Positions 28,597 to 38,539 of a stretch of DNA of 64,000 nucleotides are shown here, one piece after another. The first letter of the stretch is position 1; each line of letters starts with the position of its first letter. Source of the DNA: an uncultured delta proteobacterium (GTDB taxonomy: Bacteria > Myxococcota_A > Polyangia > Polyangiales > Houyiibacteriaceae). The notes below the pieces were generated by a model. The model was not told the origin of the DNA and searched no databases. It saw nothing but the letters and a program-made list of their open reading frames with translations. The position numbers and the translations under genes are program-made. The stretch spans positions 608,001 to 672,000 of the forward strand of contig CAVOVB010000002.1 of assembly GCA_963699755.1 (NCBI GenBank). Reading direction: 5' to 3'.

Positions 28597-30188
28597 ACCG
28601 TTTTGGCACCCGTGTCGTCGTTCTCTTCGCGTTGGCCGCAACCTTTCCCGTCGCACTGACCGCACTGGTCTGGCTCGGCGTTTCTCATTGGGGTACTTCC
28701 AAGACGTCGACGGAAGCGGAGATCGTCCGCCTCCAGTTGCAAGCCCTCGACACGCAGCGCGCGGCGGCGGTCAGCCGCCTTTGCCGAGACGACCTTGCCG
28801 TCGACACGCTGCTCGATGAACGCGGACGAGAGGTACCGCCCACGCTCGACTACGACCGTCTCTTTCGGGGTTCGATGCAAGCGGCTGGGCTGCAGGCACT
28901 GTGGGTGCTCGACTCTCTAAGCGGCGAAATCGTTGCGACCGGTCATCGCCAGCGTAAGCTCGGCGTCGACGGCGCTGAGCTGACGCGCCAGGCGCGAAAC
29001 GCGGGGGATCGGGAGTTCGTGCTGCTCCTGGGTGCCCCGGAGCATCAGAGATTTCTGGTGAGGTCGTGCTCGATCGCTCGCGCTGGGGCGAGGCTGACCC
29101 TGATCGCCGGTCATCGTTTCTCGGATCTTCGTAGCCTCGATCCTGAGCAGCTCGTCATCACCGGAAAAGCCGGCCGGGGGGACGAGCTGGTGGCGGAGCT
29201 CGCGGATGCCGAAGGCGTGGTTCAAAGTGTCTTGGTCTGGCGCCCACGACTCGACCGGCGAGGCCCACCGCTCCTCTTGTGGATCGCCTGCGTCGCCCTG
29301 TTGGCGTTGGGCCTCGCGCTGCTCTTCGGCGGCTATCTCAATCGCTGGCTGCAGTCCTCCGTCGACGAGCTGACGGAGGCGGCGACGAGAGTCGGCCGAG
29401 GCGATTTCAACACGACGCTGCGAGATGGCACGGCTGGAGCGTTTCCCGCCACGGCGACGGCTTTCAACCGGATGACTCATGACCTGCGCGACGCAAGGGA
29501 GCAGCTGCGGCAGACCGAGCGCATCGCCGCATGGCAAGAGATCGCCAAAAGCCTCGCACACGAGCTGAAGAATCCGCTCTCCCCGATTCGTCTTTCCATC
29601 GAAACTCTGCGCAAGGCGCGCGAACGCTCGTACGATGATTTTGATGCCATGTTCGACGAGTCCACGAAGACGATTCTTCAAGAGGTCGAGCGGCTGCGAA
29701 TCATCGTGGACGAGTTCAGTCGATTCGCGCGCCTCCCGGCCCCCCAACTCCGAAACACTGATCTTCGTGAGGTCGTCGCACAGGCAGCGTCGCTGCACGC
29801 AGACGGTGAGGCAAGGCTCAGCACCGATCTTCCCGAAACACCAGTTACCGCGTTCGTCGATGCCGATCAGATCACGCAGGTGCTGCACAACCTGCTCCAG
29901 AACGCTCGGGACGCGGCGACGACGGCGCACCCGAATGGCGGCGGCACGGTGCGATTGAGCCTGACGGAAGAGGCTGGCACGGTTTACATTCGCGTGGAGG
30001 ACAACGGCCCGGGAATCTCGGCCGATCAGACGGAAGCGATCTTCGAGCCTTACTACACGCGCAAGGAAGGCGGCACCGGGCTCGGTTTGGCCATCACGCA
30101 GCGCATCGTGACCGAACATGGGGGGCGCATCGACGTCGAGTCGAAGGTGGGGCGAACGGTCTTCACAGTCGTGCTGCCGCGGCGCTGA
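28593..30188 (+). CDS. HAMP-domain sensor histidine kinase (NtrY-like)
   Basis: Two TMs, HAMP, AAWQEIAKSLAHELKNPLSPI, NLLQNA, DNGPG, GTGLGL. Confidence 0.9.
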   Translation: MNRFGTRVVVLFALAATFPVALTALVWLGVSHWGTSKTSTEAEIVRLQLQALDTQRAAAVSRLCRDDLAVDTLLDERGREVPPTLDYDRLFRGSMQAAGLQALWVLDSLSGEIVATGHRQRKLGVDGAELTRQARNAGDREFVLLLGAPEHQRFLVRSCSIARAGARLTLIAGHRFSDLRSLDPEQLVITGKAGRGDELVAELADAEGVVQSVLVWRPRLDRRGPPLLLWIACVALLALGLALLFGGYLNRWLQSSVDELTEAATRVGRGDFNTTLRDGTAGAFPATATAFNRMTHDLRDAREQLRQTERIAAWQEIAKSLAHELKNPLSPIRLSIETLRKARERSYDDFDAMFDESTKTILQEVERLRIIVDEFSRFARLPAPQLRNTDLREVVAQAASLHADGEARLSTDLPETPVTAFVDADQITQVLHNLLQNARDAATTAHPNGGGTVRLSLTEEAGTVYIRVEDNGPGISADQTEAIFEPYYTRKEGGTGLGLAITQRIVTEHGGRIDVESKVGRTVFTVVLPRR

Positions 30189-30335
30189 CCAATGCTCGAA
30201 CACGAACGCGGACGCAATCCCGCTCCCGAACGCGATGGCTTCAGCGAAGGGAAGCGTCGCCTGTCTAGAACTGGCTACGCCGGTCGCACACCTAGGCATG
30301 GACCGCATCGCTGCTCTCCGCTGATGCGCTTGGCT

Positions 30336-31520
30336 TCACACGGTCGGCAGCGACCCGGACGGCTGCACCCGTGGTTGCGTCAGAATGGGCATGTAGCGCC
30401 AGGCGAAACAAAGGAACCCGAGACACCATGCCGCCGCCGAAACCGTCAACAACGCGCGTGCTCCCGGCCCAATCGTGGCTGCCACCCTGCAAATCGCCGC
30501 AATCGTGATCAGGACGTACGCCGCGGTCAGTAGCGGGTGACTCTCCAAGGGGCGGTTCGTGTGACCCAGCGCAGCGCGACTGGCGACTGCGAGAATCATC
30601 GTCGCGACGGCGCCGCTCGTCAGCGCGTGAATGCCTGCCGTTTGTGGGATCAGTCGCAGCTCCGCGAGGCTCAGGAGCAGGATGCCGAGCGGGAGCCACG
30701 AGAAGGCGATGTGGAGCACCCACACCAACGGCTCGCGACCGGTATGGATGCCTTGCCAGCGCGACAGTCGAACGAACAAGAGCACACTGGTCGGCAAGCC
30801 GAGCGCCGCCGTCCAGCTCGGAGGAGCGTCTACGAGCTGAAGGGTGGCAAAGCTTGCCATCAGCCAGCTCGTCAGGAGATCGAAACGTTCGAACATCGGC
30901 GGCAATCTCACCGGCTGGCGCTCCTGATCCGAGAGGCCCCGTTGCAGCCAGTTTCTCGTGAACGCTGGGATGATTCGGCCGCCGACCAGATTGATGAGCA
31001 TCACGACCAGCCAAAGGCCGGCGAGGAGCGCAGTCATGGTCCAGCCGGCGTTGCGCTTCATTCCCACGAAGAAGAGCACGTTGCTTGCTGCGAGAAGAGC
31101 GAGAATCCAGAGCACCTTGTAGTTGCGCTGATTGCGCGCGCCGATCACCTCGCGGCTCATCAGCAAGAACAGGAGCGCGCTGTAACCAAGATCCGCGACG
31201 ATGGCCACTGGCAGCAGGCTCTGGGACGGCAGAAAGAAGAGGACGCGCGCGATCGACCAAAGGGCGCTGAGAACCACCAAAGGGGGTCCGGAGACGGGCG
31301 AGCGCTTGGTCCAAGTCGCAACGGCCGTCAGGGCGAAGCCCCCTATGGCCGCTCCCGCAAATCCGAAGATCATCTCGTGTGCATGCCACCAGATGGGACT
31401 CCCGAGCATCGTAGGAAACGGCACGTATCCGAGCCAGGCCCCAACCCAGAGCGGTACGACGAGAATCGCGTGGAGGGTGGCAAGGAGAAAGAGTGGACGA
31501 AACGCGTAGCTGAAGAGCAC
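30336..31520 (-). CDS. nnrS: NnrS family membrane protein
   Basis: AFRPLFL, WHAHEMIFGF, LTAVATWT, GGRIIPAFTRNW, HALT.G, RAALGHTNR. Confidence 0.92.
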   Translation of the reverse strand: MLFSYAFRPLFLLATLHAILVVPLWVGAWLGYVPFPTMLGSPIWWHAHEMIFGFAGAAIGGFALTAVATWTKRSPVSGPPLVVLSALWSIARVLFFLPSQSLLPVAIVADLGYSALLFLLMSREVIGARNQRNYKVLWILALLAASNVLFFVGMKRNAGWTMTALLAGLWLVVMLINLVGGRIIPAFTRNWLQRGLSDQERQPVRLPPMFERFDLLTSWLMASFATLQLVDAPPSWTAALGLPTSVLLFVRLSRWQGIHTGREPLVWVLHIAFSWLPLGILLLSLAELRLIPQTAGIHALTSGAVATMILAVASRAALGHTNRPLESHPLLTAAYVLITIAAICRVAATIGPGARALLTVSAAAWCLGFLCFAWRYMPILTQPRVQPSGSLPTV

Positions 31521-31529
31521 AGTCGCCGC

Positions 31530-32870
31530 CTATTGCGCCTCGATTCCGTAGGACCTCAGCTTTCGCTGCAAGGTCCTCCGGTCGATCCCGAGCGCCGATG
31601 CTGCTTTGGTGATGTTACCATCCATCTCTCCCAGAACGCGCTCGATGTGCTCGCGTTCGACATCCGCGAGGCTCGTCGGGCTTGGCCGCGTGGCACCTGG
31701 CGTCGGAGTCGACTCCCTCGCGTTTCCGAAGACGCTTGCGGCAATCATTCGGCGAACCAAGTCTCCATCGAGCGTATCGGAGATCGAAAACAGCGACGCG
31801 CGACGGAGGACGTTGAGAAGCTCTCGCACATTGCCAGGCCAGTCGTATTCTCTGAGCGCGGCAAGCGAATCAGCGTCGAGCGCGAGGTTGCCCTTGCCGA
31901 GACGCGCAAGCAGATGCGCCGCCAGCGGCTCGAGGTCGTCGAGACGCTCTCGCAGAGGTCGAATCAGCACGGGGAACACCTGCAACCGAAAGTAGAGGTC
32001 TTCCCGGAACCTCCCCTCTTGGGTTTCGGTCCATAGGTCTCGATTTGTCGCCGCAACGATTCTGGCGTCGACCTTGGTTTCGCCGGATTCTCCGACAGGA
32101 CGAATCGATTTCGTTTCGATTGCCCGAAGCAGCTTCGCCTGGCTTTCGAGAGGAAGCTCGGCAAGCTCGTCGATGAACAGAGTACCTCCTTCCGCCTCCC
32201 GAAAGAGCCCTACCCTATCGCCCTGCGCGCCAGTGAAAGAGCCGCGCTTGTGGCCGAAGAGCTCGCTCTCGAAGAGCTCGCGCGGGACACAGGCCGCGTT
32301 CATGGCAACGAAAGGCCCGCTCGCCCGGTTGCTCTGAGCGTGAATCTGCCGGGCCACGACCTCCTTGCCGGTGCCGGTCTCGCCTAAAACGAGGACCGTC
32401 TCGTCGGTAGGTGCGACCGTCCTGACGAACTCCTTCACCTCGTCCATGACCGCGCTCTGTCCGATCAGTGGCGCAATGTCGTGGTCCCCCCCGCCTGGCT
32501 CCGCTCCGCCTCTCTCGAGCAGCGCCTGCCGTAGCAGAGGCCTGAGCATGTCGGCATCTACCGGTTTCTCCAGGAACGAGTATGCCCCGAGCTGCATGGC
32601 TTCGACGGCTGCCTTCACCGTTCCATGCCCTGTCAGGACGATGACGCGCGTGGAGATGGAGCTGCAGCGTCGAAGCACTTCCAGTCCACCGATGCCTTTC
32701 ATCTTGAGGTCGAGGAGAGCGACATCGGGCGGCGATCCGTCACGGAGCACCTCGACCGCTTCTTCTCCGCTGCTCGCCTCAGAGACGGCGTAGCCGCCAC
32801 GCCGCAACGCCTTCGCCATCGCGAAACGAAACGCCGTATCGTCGTCGATGATCAGGACGCTGCCGTTCAT
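31530..32870 (-). CDS. Sigma-54-dependent response regulator (NtrC family)
   Basis: Receiver domain (IIDDD, LLDLKM), GETGTGKE, ESELFGH, GSFTGA, FREDLYFRL, WPGNVREL, Fis-type HTH. Confidence 0.93.
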   Translation of the reverse strand: MNGSVLIIDDDTAFRFAMAKALRRGGYAVSEASSGEEAVEVLRDGSPPDVALLDLKMKGIGGLEVLRRCSSISTRVIVLTGHGTVKAAVEAMQLGAYSFLEKPVDADMLRPLLRQALLERGGAEPGGGDHDIAPLIGQSAVMDEVKEFVRTVAPTDETVLVLGETGTGKEVVARQIHAQSNRASGPFVAMNAACVPRELFESELFGHKRGSFTGAQGDRVGLFREAEGGTLFIDELAELPLESQAKLLRAIETKSIRPVGESGETKVDARIVAATNRDLWTETQEGRFREDLYFRLQVFPVLIRPLRERLDDLEPLAAHLLARLGKGNLALDADSLAALREYDWPGNVRELLNVLRRASLFSISDTLDGDLVRRMIAASVFGNARESTPTPGATRPSPTSLADVEREHIERVLGEMDGNITKAASALGIDRRTLQRKLRSYGIEAQ

Positions 32871-34606
32871 TGCCAAGGCGCACGGTGCGGCACCCCGGGC
32901 TCTTTTGCAAGCGTCTGCTCACCGGCCGGCAGGCGCACGCGCGCACTGGCCCCTCCCTGGGCCCGGTTCTCGATGGTGAGTTCTCCTCCCATCGTTTGAA
33001 CGAGCATATAGGAAGCGTATAGGCCAAGGCCCGTGCCCTCTCCCGGCGGCTTCGTCGTTGCGAACGGCTCGAAGAGGCGCCCTTCGATTTCGGGATCGAT
33101 TCCACTGCCCTCGTCCTCGACGATGATCTCGACGACCGAGCCACGTCGCTCGGCAGACACCGAGATGCTGCGGCCGCCGGCCGCCCGGCTGGCATCCAGC
33201 GCGTTCTGCAGAAGATTCACGAGGACTTGCAGCAGTCGGTCGGGATCGGCAACCGCGACCAAGTCGTCGAGTGATTGGTCGATGGCGAGCTCCGGACCGT
33301 CGTCGCGCACACCCGCGAACACTAGCGCATGGGCGCGCTGAAGGATGGGGAGCAGCGGAGCGGCAGAGCTCAGGCGGAGCCTCGGAAGCGTCCCTCCGGT
33401 CAGTAACGAATGCGTGATGCGGCCGAGTCGACCCGTCTCGTCGCGGATCAGCGCAGCCGACTCGGCGAGGTCCGACTGAAGCGCCTCGTCTCCGCCAAGC
33501 AAGCGAATCGCTTCGCGCATGTCGGCGGCCAAGGTTCGAATCGTCGCGAGCGGTGTGTTGAGCTCGTGGGCGACGCCTTGTGCGACACGGCCAAGGCTCG
33601 CCAAGCGCTCGGCATGGAGCAGCCGGCGCTCGGAGTCGAGGATCTGAGTGCGATCGACGTAGAGATTCATGATCCTTGGCGGGTCGTTCCCCCGAGACGC
33701 CAAAGGGAACGTCAGCATCTCATACGCCCTCTCGCCCACCATGAAACGGCATCGCCCTTCCGCGCCGTCGTCGCGCGCTCTCCAAACGGGACAAAGACCC
33801 GCCGGCTGAGTTTCGCAGGCCCTGACTGCGACGGGGCATTCCCAGGTTCCCTGGTCGTTGGGCGCGGGCGCAACCTCGTCAGCGACGCGGTTCCGCCATT
33901 CGACCTGGCCGTCGGGAGAAACGAGCTCGAGACCAGCCTCGAGCTCGTCGAGCGTGTTGGAGATGACCTGGTACTCGAGCTCTGCCTGGTCCCGGGAACG
34001 GGCAAGGGCTCGCTCTCGATCACGCAATTCGCGCACGGCGTGCCTCACCACGTATGCCGCTGCGCCCACCGTCGTCGTGAAAGCCGCAACGTTGCCGATC
34101 GTGTCCCAGGGTGGTGCCGGATCCCAGGCTCCGATCTTCAGGGCTGTAGCCCATTCGGTGAGAGCGAGGAAACCGGCGCTGGCGAACGCTGCTGCGGTGG
34201 CAACGAGGGTCGCGCCCGGCCCTCCGAGAATTCCGATCAGCGCGAGGTGGAAGACATAGAAGCCGATGAAGGGAGTGGAAATCCCACCAGCAGCCCAGAG
34301 GACGACGGTCAGCATCAACAGGTCGACTAGCGCTTGAGAAACCGCTGCCCGCTTTCCCGCTCCTGGTCCAGGCGCGCGCCGGAGCAAGACGACGTTGTAG
34401 ATGCTCCCACAGGCCGCTACGAGCAACAAGACAGGCCAAGCTACGCCAGGAAAGAAGCCCGCCGCCGCAAACACCGACGCCACGAGTACGCCCGCCATGG
34501 CAACCCAGCGCAAGCTGATCAGCCAGCGGATTCGATCTGCGCTGAAGTCATCCCGCTCTTGAGAATCAGCGAACACACTCGAACGGCTTGGTTCCGCGGC
34601 CATCAT
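32867..34606 (-). CDS. Membrane sensor histidine kinase with RegB-like TM region and Cys-containing PAS-like domain
   Basis: WLISLRWVAM N-terminus, about 5-6 TMs, CPVAVRAC...LCP, AHELNTPL, NLLQNA, GTGLGL. Start ATG 34606 assumed. Confidence 0.88.
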   Translation of the reverse strand: MMAAEPSRSSVFADSQERDDFSADRIRWLISLRWVAMAGVLVASVFAAAGFFPGVAWPVLLLVAACGSIYNVVLLRRAPGPGAGKRAAVSQALVDLLMLTVVLWAAGGISTPFIGFYVFHLALIGILGGPGATLVATAAAFASAGFLALTEWATALKIGAWDPAPPWDTIGNVAAFTTTVGAAAYVVRHAVRELRDRERALARSRDQAELEYQVISNTLDELEAGLELVSPDGQVEWRNRVADEVAPAPNDQGTWECPVAVRACETQPAGLCPVWRARDDGAEGRCRFMVGERAYEMLTFPLASRGNDPPRIMNLYVDRTQILDSERRLLHAERLASLGRVAQGVAHELNTPLATIRTLAADMREAIRLLGGDEALQSDLAESAALIRDETGRLGRITHSLLTGGTLPRLRLSSAAPLLPILQRAHALVFAGVRDDGPELAIDQSLDDLVAVADPDRLLQVLVNLLQNALDASRAAGGRSISVSAERRGSVVEIIVEDEGSGIDPEIEGRLFEPFATTKPPGEGTGLGLYASYMLVQTMGGELTIENRAQGGASARVRLPAGEQTLAKEPGVPHRAPWQ

Positions 34607-34695
34607 GACTTTCTGGGGTTTGGGGTCGATCGCGTCTGCGGGCCAGGGTACAACGACTGAAGCCGCCGATGGCAAGCGAATCACAAGAGAGAAGG

Positions 34696-35220
34696 ATGGT
34701 CGTGGCGATCATGTTGACCTCTACCTTGCTGACGATGCTCGGCATCGCGGGGGTTCTGACTGGCGGGTACGATCTATCGATGACTCCACTCCCCGAGGAT
34801 CTTCGCGAGCTGTCTGAACGCGATACAGAGCTCAGCGACGCCGAAGTTCTGCTTCTGGAAGCTCGGGTTAGCAATCCCTATCGGCGTCCCATGGCCGCAG
34901 CAAACGTGGTCGTGTCGGCCTTGGTGCTCATTGGGAGCTTCCTCTTGAGCTGGCGCCGGTCGCTTGCGCAATGGTGGATTAGGCAGGCGGTGGCGGCGAA
35001 GCTGATCTGGATCGGGGCCTACACCGTCTCGCTGGTCTCCCATCTCAAGCTGACCTTTGCACCGCTGCCCGTCGAAGAGCCCCGAGCAGGGCTTCAGGGG
35101 CTGATCGGCAGCTTGGTCGTCGTCAGCATGATCAATGCAACCCTACACCTCGCAGCCGCGTACCGAGCCACGCGGCCTGACATCAGAGAATTCATTGCAT
35201 CCGCCGAGGCTAGAAATTGA
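34696..35220 (+). CDS. Hypothetical membrane protein (about 4 TMs)
   Basis: Hydrophobic segments; divergent from the kinase; purine-rich sequence before ATG 34696. Confidence 0.55.
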   Translation: MVVAIMLTSTLLTMLGIAGVLTGGYDLSMTPLPEDLRELSERDTELSDAEVLLLEARVSNPYRRPMAAANVVVSALVLIGSFLLSWRRSLAQWWIRQAVAAKLIWIGAYTVSLVSHLKLTFAPLPVEEPRAGLQGLIGSLVVVSMINATLHLAAAYRATRPDIREFIASAEARN

Positions 35221-35947
35221 TGCGGCGCATGATTGCGCGCGGCAGCGATCGAATTACGACCATGATCCATCGCCAGGGGGCCGGCGCATAAACGACTGGC
35301 GCTCGCCGATCGATCGCCCGAAGGACTCGCTGAGCAACCGCATCCGGCTCGCCAGCGAATGGAGGCGGTCTTAGGCCGGCGGTCATGCTCGTCTTGACGA
35401 AGCCGGGCTTGACGGTGACCACAGAAAGCCCGTCGGCGTGATGCTTGTGATCCAAGCCCTCCAGATAGTGGGTCAGGCCTGCCTTCGCCGCACCGTAGAT
35501 GATCACGGGCTTGCGACCTCGTTCCCCGGCGACTGAGCTGAAGACGCACAAGGTACCGCCCGCTTCTCGGAGCAGCGCGTTCTTGGCCGCCTCGCAGAAC
35601 AAGACGGTGTTGGAGAAGTTGGTTCGCAGAAGCCTCTCGGTGAGCGCTGGGTCGGCTTCCAGCTCGTCTTGGCTGGCGAAGATCGCGGCGCTGACCACGA
35701 CCGCGTCCAGACCCCCGAGCGCTTCGCGGGCCGCATCGAGCGCCGGACCAAACATCCCCGGCTTCTCCAGGTCACAGGCGACGCATCCAACCGTACCGTC
35801 GCCACCGCGAACCCCGAGGTCCGCGGCGCTGCGCTCGAGGTCAGCCTCGCTCCGACCGAGAAGGCAGATTCGGTCCCCGCGCTCCGCTGCCAATCGCGCG
35901 AGCGCACGCCCCATTCCCTTGGTGGCGCCCAGAATCGCAACTCTCAT
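35210..35947 (-). CDS. SDR oxidoreductase, DprE2-like
   Basis: GATKGMG, SSVAGERGR, YGAAK, VKPGFVKT; directly follows the DprE1-like gene. Confidence 0.8.
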   Translation of the reverse strand: MRVAILGATKGMGRALARLAAERGDRICLLGRSEADLERSAADLGVRGGDGTVGCVACDLEKPGMFGPALDAAREALGGLDAVVVSAAIFASQDELEADPALTERLLRTNFSNTVLFCEAAKNALLREAGGTLCVFSSVAGERGRKPVIIYGAAKAGLTHYLEGLDHKHHADGLSVVTVKPGFVKTSMTAGLRPPPFAGEPDAVAQRVLRAIDRRAPVVYAPAPWRWIMVVIRSLPRAIMRRINF

Positions 35948-35948
35948 C

Positions 35949-37277
35949 TCAGTCCCCTAGCAGTCGCACCGACTGTGCGCTTCGAAACCTATGGTTCGGA
36001 TCCCAGCGACTGCGAATCGCTCTGAACTCATCCAGGCGCGCCCCTTCCATCGCTTCGAAGTGCTCGCGCCGCGTAAATGAATCCTTGGCGAGGTAGATGC
36101 GCCCGCCTTCCTGCAGCACCTGCTCGTTCAGGGCGTCGATCAGTGCCTGGGTATCGTCCCGGACCGCGATGTCGAGCGCAAGCGTGATTCCCGGGCGCGG
36201 AAAGGAGAGAACGCCGCGGCTCTCGCGTCCGAAGTCCTTGATCACGCACAGGAACGAAGCGCCACCGCGCGCGGTGAGAATCTCGAGCACACGTCGCGCA
36301 GAGCCGCGACCGACCTCTCGTGGCAAGACGCACTGGTACTGAGTGAAGCCGCGCCGACCGTACATCCGGTTCCAGGACCCGATCGCATCGAGTGGATAGT
36401 AGAATGGCTCGTAGCTGACGACACCGCTCGATCGCTCTCGCCACTGCTTGCGATAGTAGAGCTCGTTGAAGGCCCGAATCGTGAGGCCGTTGAGAACCCA
36501 GGAAGGCCAGTCGAATTGAAGGCTAGGCCGAAAGCCCTGCCTGGGAGGCCCAACGGGAGCCTCGTGGGCTTCGGCCCAGCGACCGGTCATGAGAATCCCG
36601 CGGCCCATGCTCTTGCCGCGCGCGAGACCGTCGATCCAGCCCATGGTGTAGGGCCAGTCCGGTGCTGCTTCTTCGAGGGCGTCCTGGAACTCGTCGATAT
36701 CATGGATGCGACGGCTCTCTTGCCAGATCCACGGCGATGGGATTCGGCGTAGCCCAAACTCGACCTCAAGGATGTGCCCCGTAAGCCCCATCCCGCCGAT
36801 TGTGGCCCGAAAAAGGTCCGGATGTTGATCCGGTGAGCACTCGAGCACGCGACCATCCGCGACGCGCATCTTGAGCGATGTCACGTGGTCGCCGATGTTG
36901 CCGTCCCTGTGTTGGTTCTTTCCGTGGATGTCAGCGGCAACCATGCCCCCGAGGGTGACGAACTTCGTGCCCGGAGAGACCGGCGAGAAATAGCCGCGCG
37001 CGATGAAGAGCCGGTTGAGCTCGGCGAGCGCAAAGCCTGACTCGGCGCGCAGGCACCCCGTGTCTTCATCGAATTTCAGAATTCGATCGGCGAACCTGGT
37101 GTTCAGTACGTCGGGCTGGTCACCGGGAGGCAGCGACGCATCGCCGTAGGAACGGCCAAGTCCCCGTGAGAGATGGACTTCGCTACTGATGCGCTCGAGA
37201 TCTTCGCCTAGGTGCTCACGCCCCGGAGCCGAGTGCCGACCCCAGCCTGAGAGCATCGAAAACGGTATTTCAGGCAT
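35949..37277 (-). CDS. FAD-binding oxidoreductase, DprE1-like (polyprenylphosphoryl-ribose oxidase family)
   Basis: RGLGRSYGDAS, PGTKFVTLGGMVAADIHGKNQH, FYYPLD...WNRMYG..GFTQYQ, GGRIYLAKD. Confidence 0.85.
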   Translation of the reverse strand: MPEIPFSMLSGWGRHSAPGREHLGEDLERISSEVHLSRGLGRSYGDASLPPGDQPDVLNTRFADRILKFDEDTGCLRAESGFALAELNRLFIARGYFSPVSPGTKFVTLGGMVAADIHGKNQHRDGNIGDHVTSLKMRVADGRVLECSPDQHPDLFRATIGGMGLTGHILEVEFGLRRIPSPWIWQESRRIHDIDEFQDALEEAAPDWPYTMGWIDGLARGKSMGRGILMTGRWAEAHEAPVGPPRQGFRPSLQFDWPSWVLNGLTIRAFNELYYRKQWRERSSGVVSYEPFYYPLDAIGSWNRMYGRRGFTQYQCVLPREVGRGSARRVLEILTARGGASFLCVIKDFGRESRGVLSFPRPGITLALDIAVRDDTQALIDALNEQVLQEGGRIYLAKDSFTRREHFEAMEGARLDEFRAIRSRWDPNHRFRSAQSVRLLGD

Positions 37278-37312
37278 GGCGTCGATACTGTAGCGCGATG
37301 CCAGTCAGAGCC

Positions 37313-38482
37313 CTAGCGTCCGCGTTTCGGTAGAAGCTCCTTGCCAAGCTCGTCGGCCCGGTCGGTGCGCTCCCAGGTGAACGTCTTCTCGGTGCGGCCA
37401 AAGTGCCCATAGGCGGCCGTCGCCGCGTAAATGGGACGAAGAAGGTCGAGGGTCTCGACGATGGCCGCGGGGCGGAAGTCGAACAGCTTCGACACGGCTT
37501 TGCTGATCTTCTCGTCGGGGACGACACCGGTGCCAAAGGTCGTCACATAGACGCCCATGGGCTTCGCCACGCCAATGGCATAGGCGACCTGAACCTCGCA
37601 GCGGGACGCGACCTTGGACGCGACGATGTTCTTGGCGACGTATCGTGCGAAATATGCCGCGCTGCGATCGACTTTGGAAGGGTCCTTGCCGCTGAAGGCG
37701 CCGCCACCGTGCCGGCCCATGCCACCATAGGTGTCGACGATGATCTTTCGACCGGTCAGTCCTGCGTCTCCAAAGGGCCCGCCAACGACGAAGCGTCCAG
37801 TCGGGTTGATGTGAATCTTGGTCTTCTTGTCGATCATCTTCGCGGGAAGGGTCGGCTTGATGACCTCTTCGATGATGGCATCTCGGAGGGCACGCTGCTT
37901 GATGCTTTCCGCATGCTGCGTCGACACCACGATCGCATCGAAGCGACGTGGTTTCTCGTCCTCGTATTCGACTGTGACCTGGGTCTTGCCGTCCGGACGA
38001 AGGCCTTCGATGATGTTCTTCTTGCGAACATGGCTGAGCCTACGCGCCAGCTTGTGGGAGAGATCGATCGGCATCGGCATGAGCTCTCGGGTCTCATTGA
38101 CGGCGTAGCCGAACATCAAACCCTGGTCGCCTGCGCCCTGCTCCTTGGTCGCGCTCGAATCGACGCCTCGGGCGATGTCCGGTGATTGCTGCTCGACTGC
38201 GGTCAAGATGCCGCAGGTCGCCGCATCGAAGCCCATCGAGGAGTCGGTGTAACCGATCGCGGTAATCGCTGACCGGGCGATCTTCGCGATATCGATATTC
38301 GCCGTCGAAGTGACCTCGCCAGCGCACACGACGAACCCGGTCTTCACCATGGTTTCGACCGCGACGCGCGACCTTGGGTCCTGGGCGAGGTATGCATCTA
38401 GCAACGAATCGCTGACCGTGTCGCAGATTTTGTCGGGGTGACCCTCGGTCACCGACTCGGAAGTGAACAGGTATTGGCTCAT
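37313..38482 (-). CDS. metK: S-adenosylmethionine synthetase
   Basis: [35 protein letters not shown]. Confidence 0.98.
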   Translation of the reverse strand: MSQYLFTSESVTEGHPDKICDTVSDSLLDAYLAQDPRSRVAVETMVKTGFVVCAGEVTSTANIDIAKIARSAITAIGYTDSSMGFDAATCGILTAVEQQSPDIARGVDSSATKEQGAGDQGLMFGYAVNETRELMPMPIDLSHKLARRLSHVRKKNIIEGLRPDGKTQVTVEYEDEKPRRFDAIVVSTQHAESIKQRALRDAIIEEVIKPTLPAKMIDKKTKIHINPTGRFVVGGPFGDAGLTGRKIIVDTYGGMGRHGGGAFSGKDPSKVDRSAAYFARYVAKNIVASKVASRCEVQVAYAIGVAKPMGVYVTTFGTGVVPDEKISKAVSKLFDFRPAAIVETLDLLRPIYAATAAYGHFGRTEKTFTWERTDRADELGKELLPKRGR

Positions 38483-38539
38483 CTTGGCGATGCCTCTTAT
38501 CGTTGACGGTCCCTGGAGTCAATTGGTCGCTGACAATGC

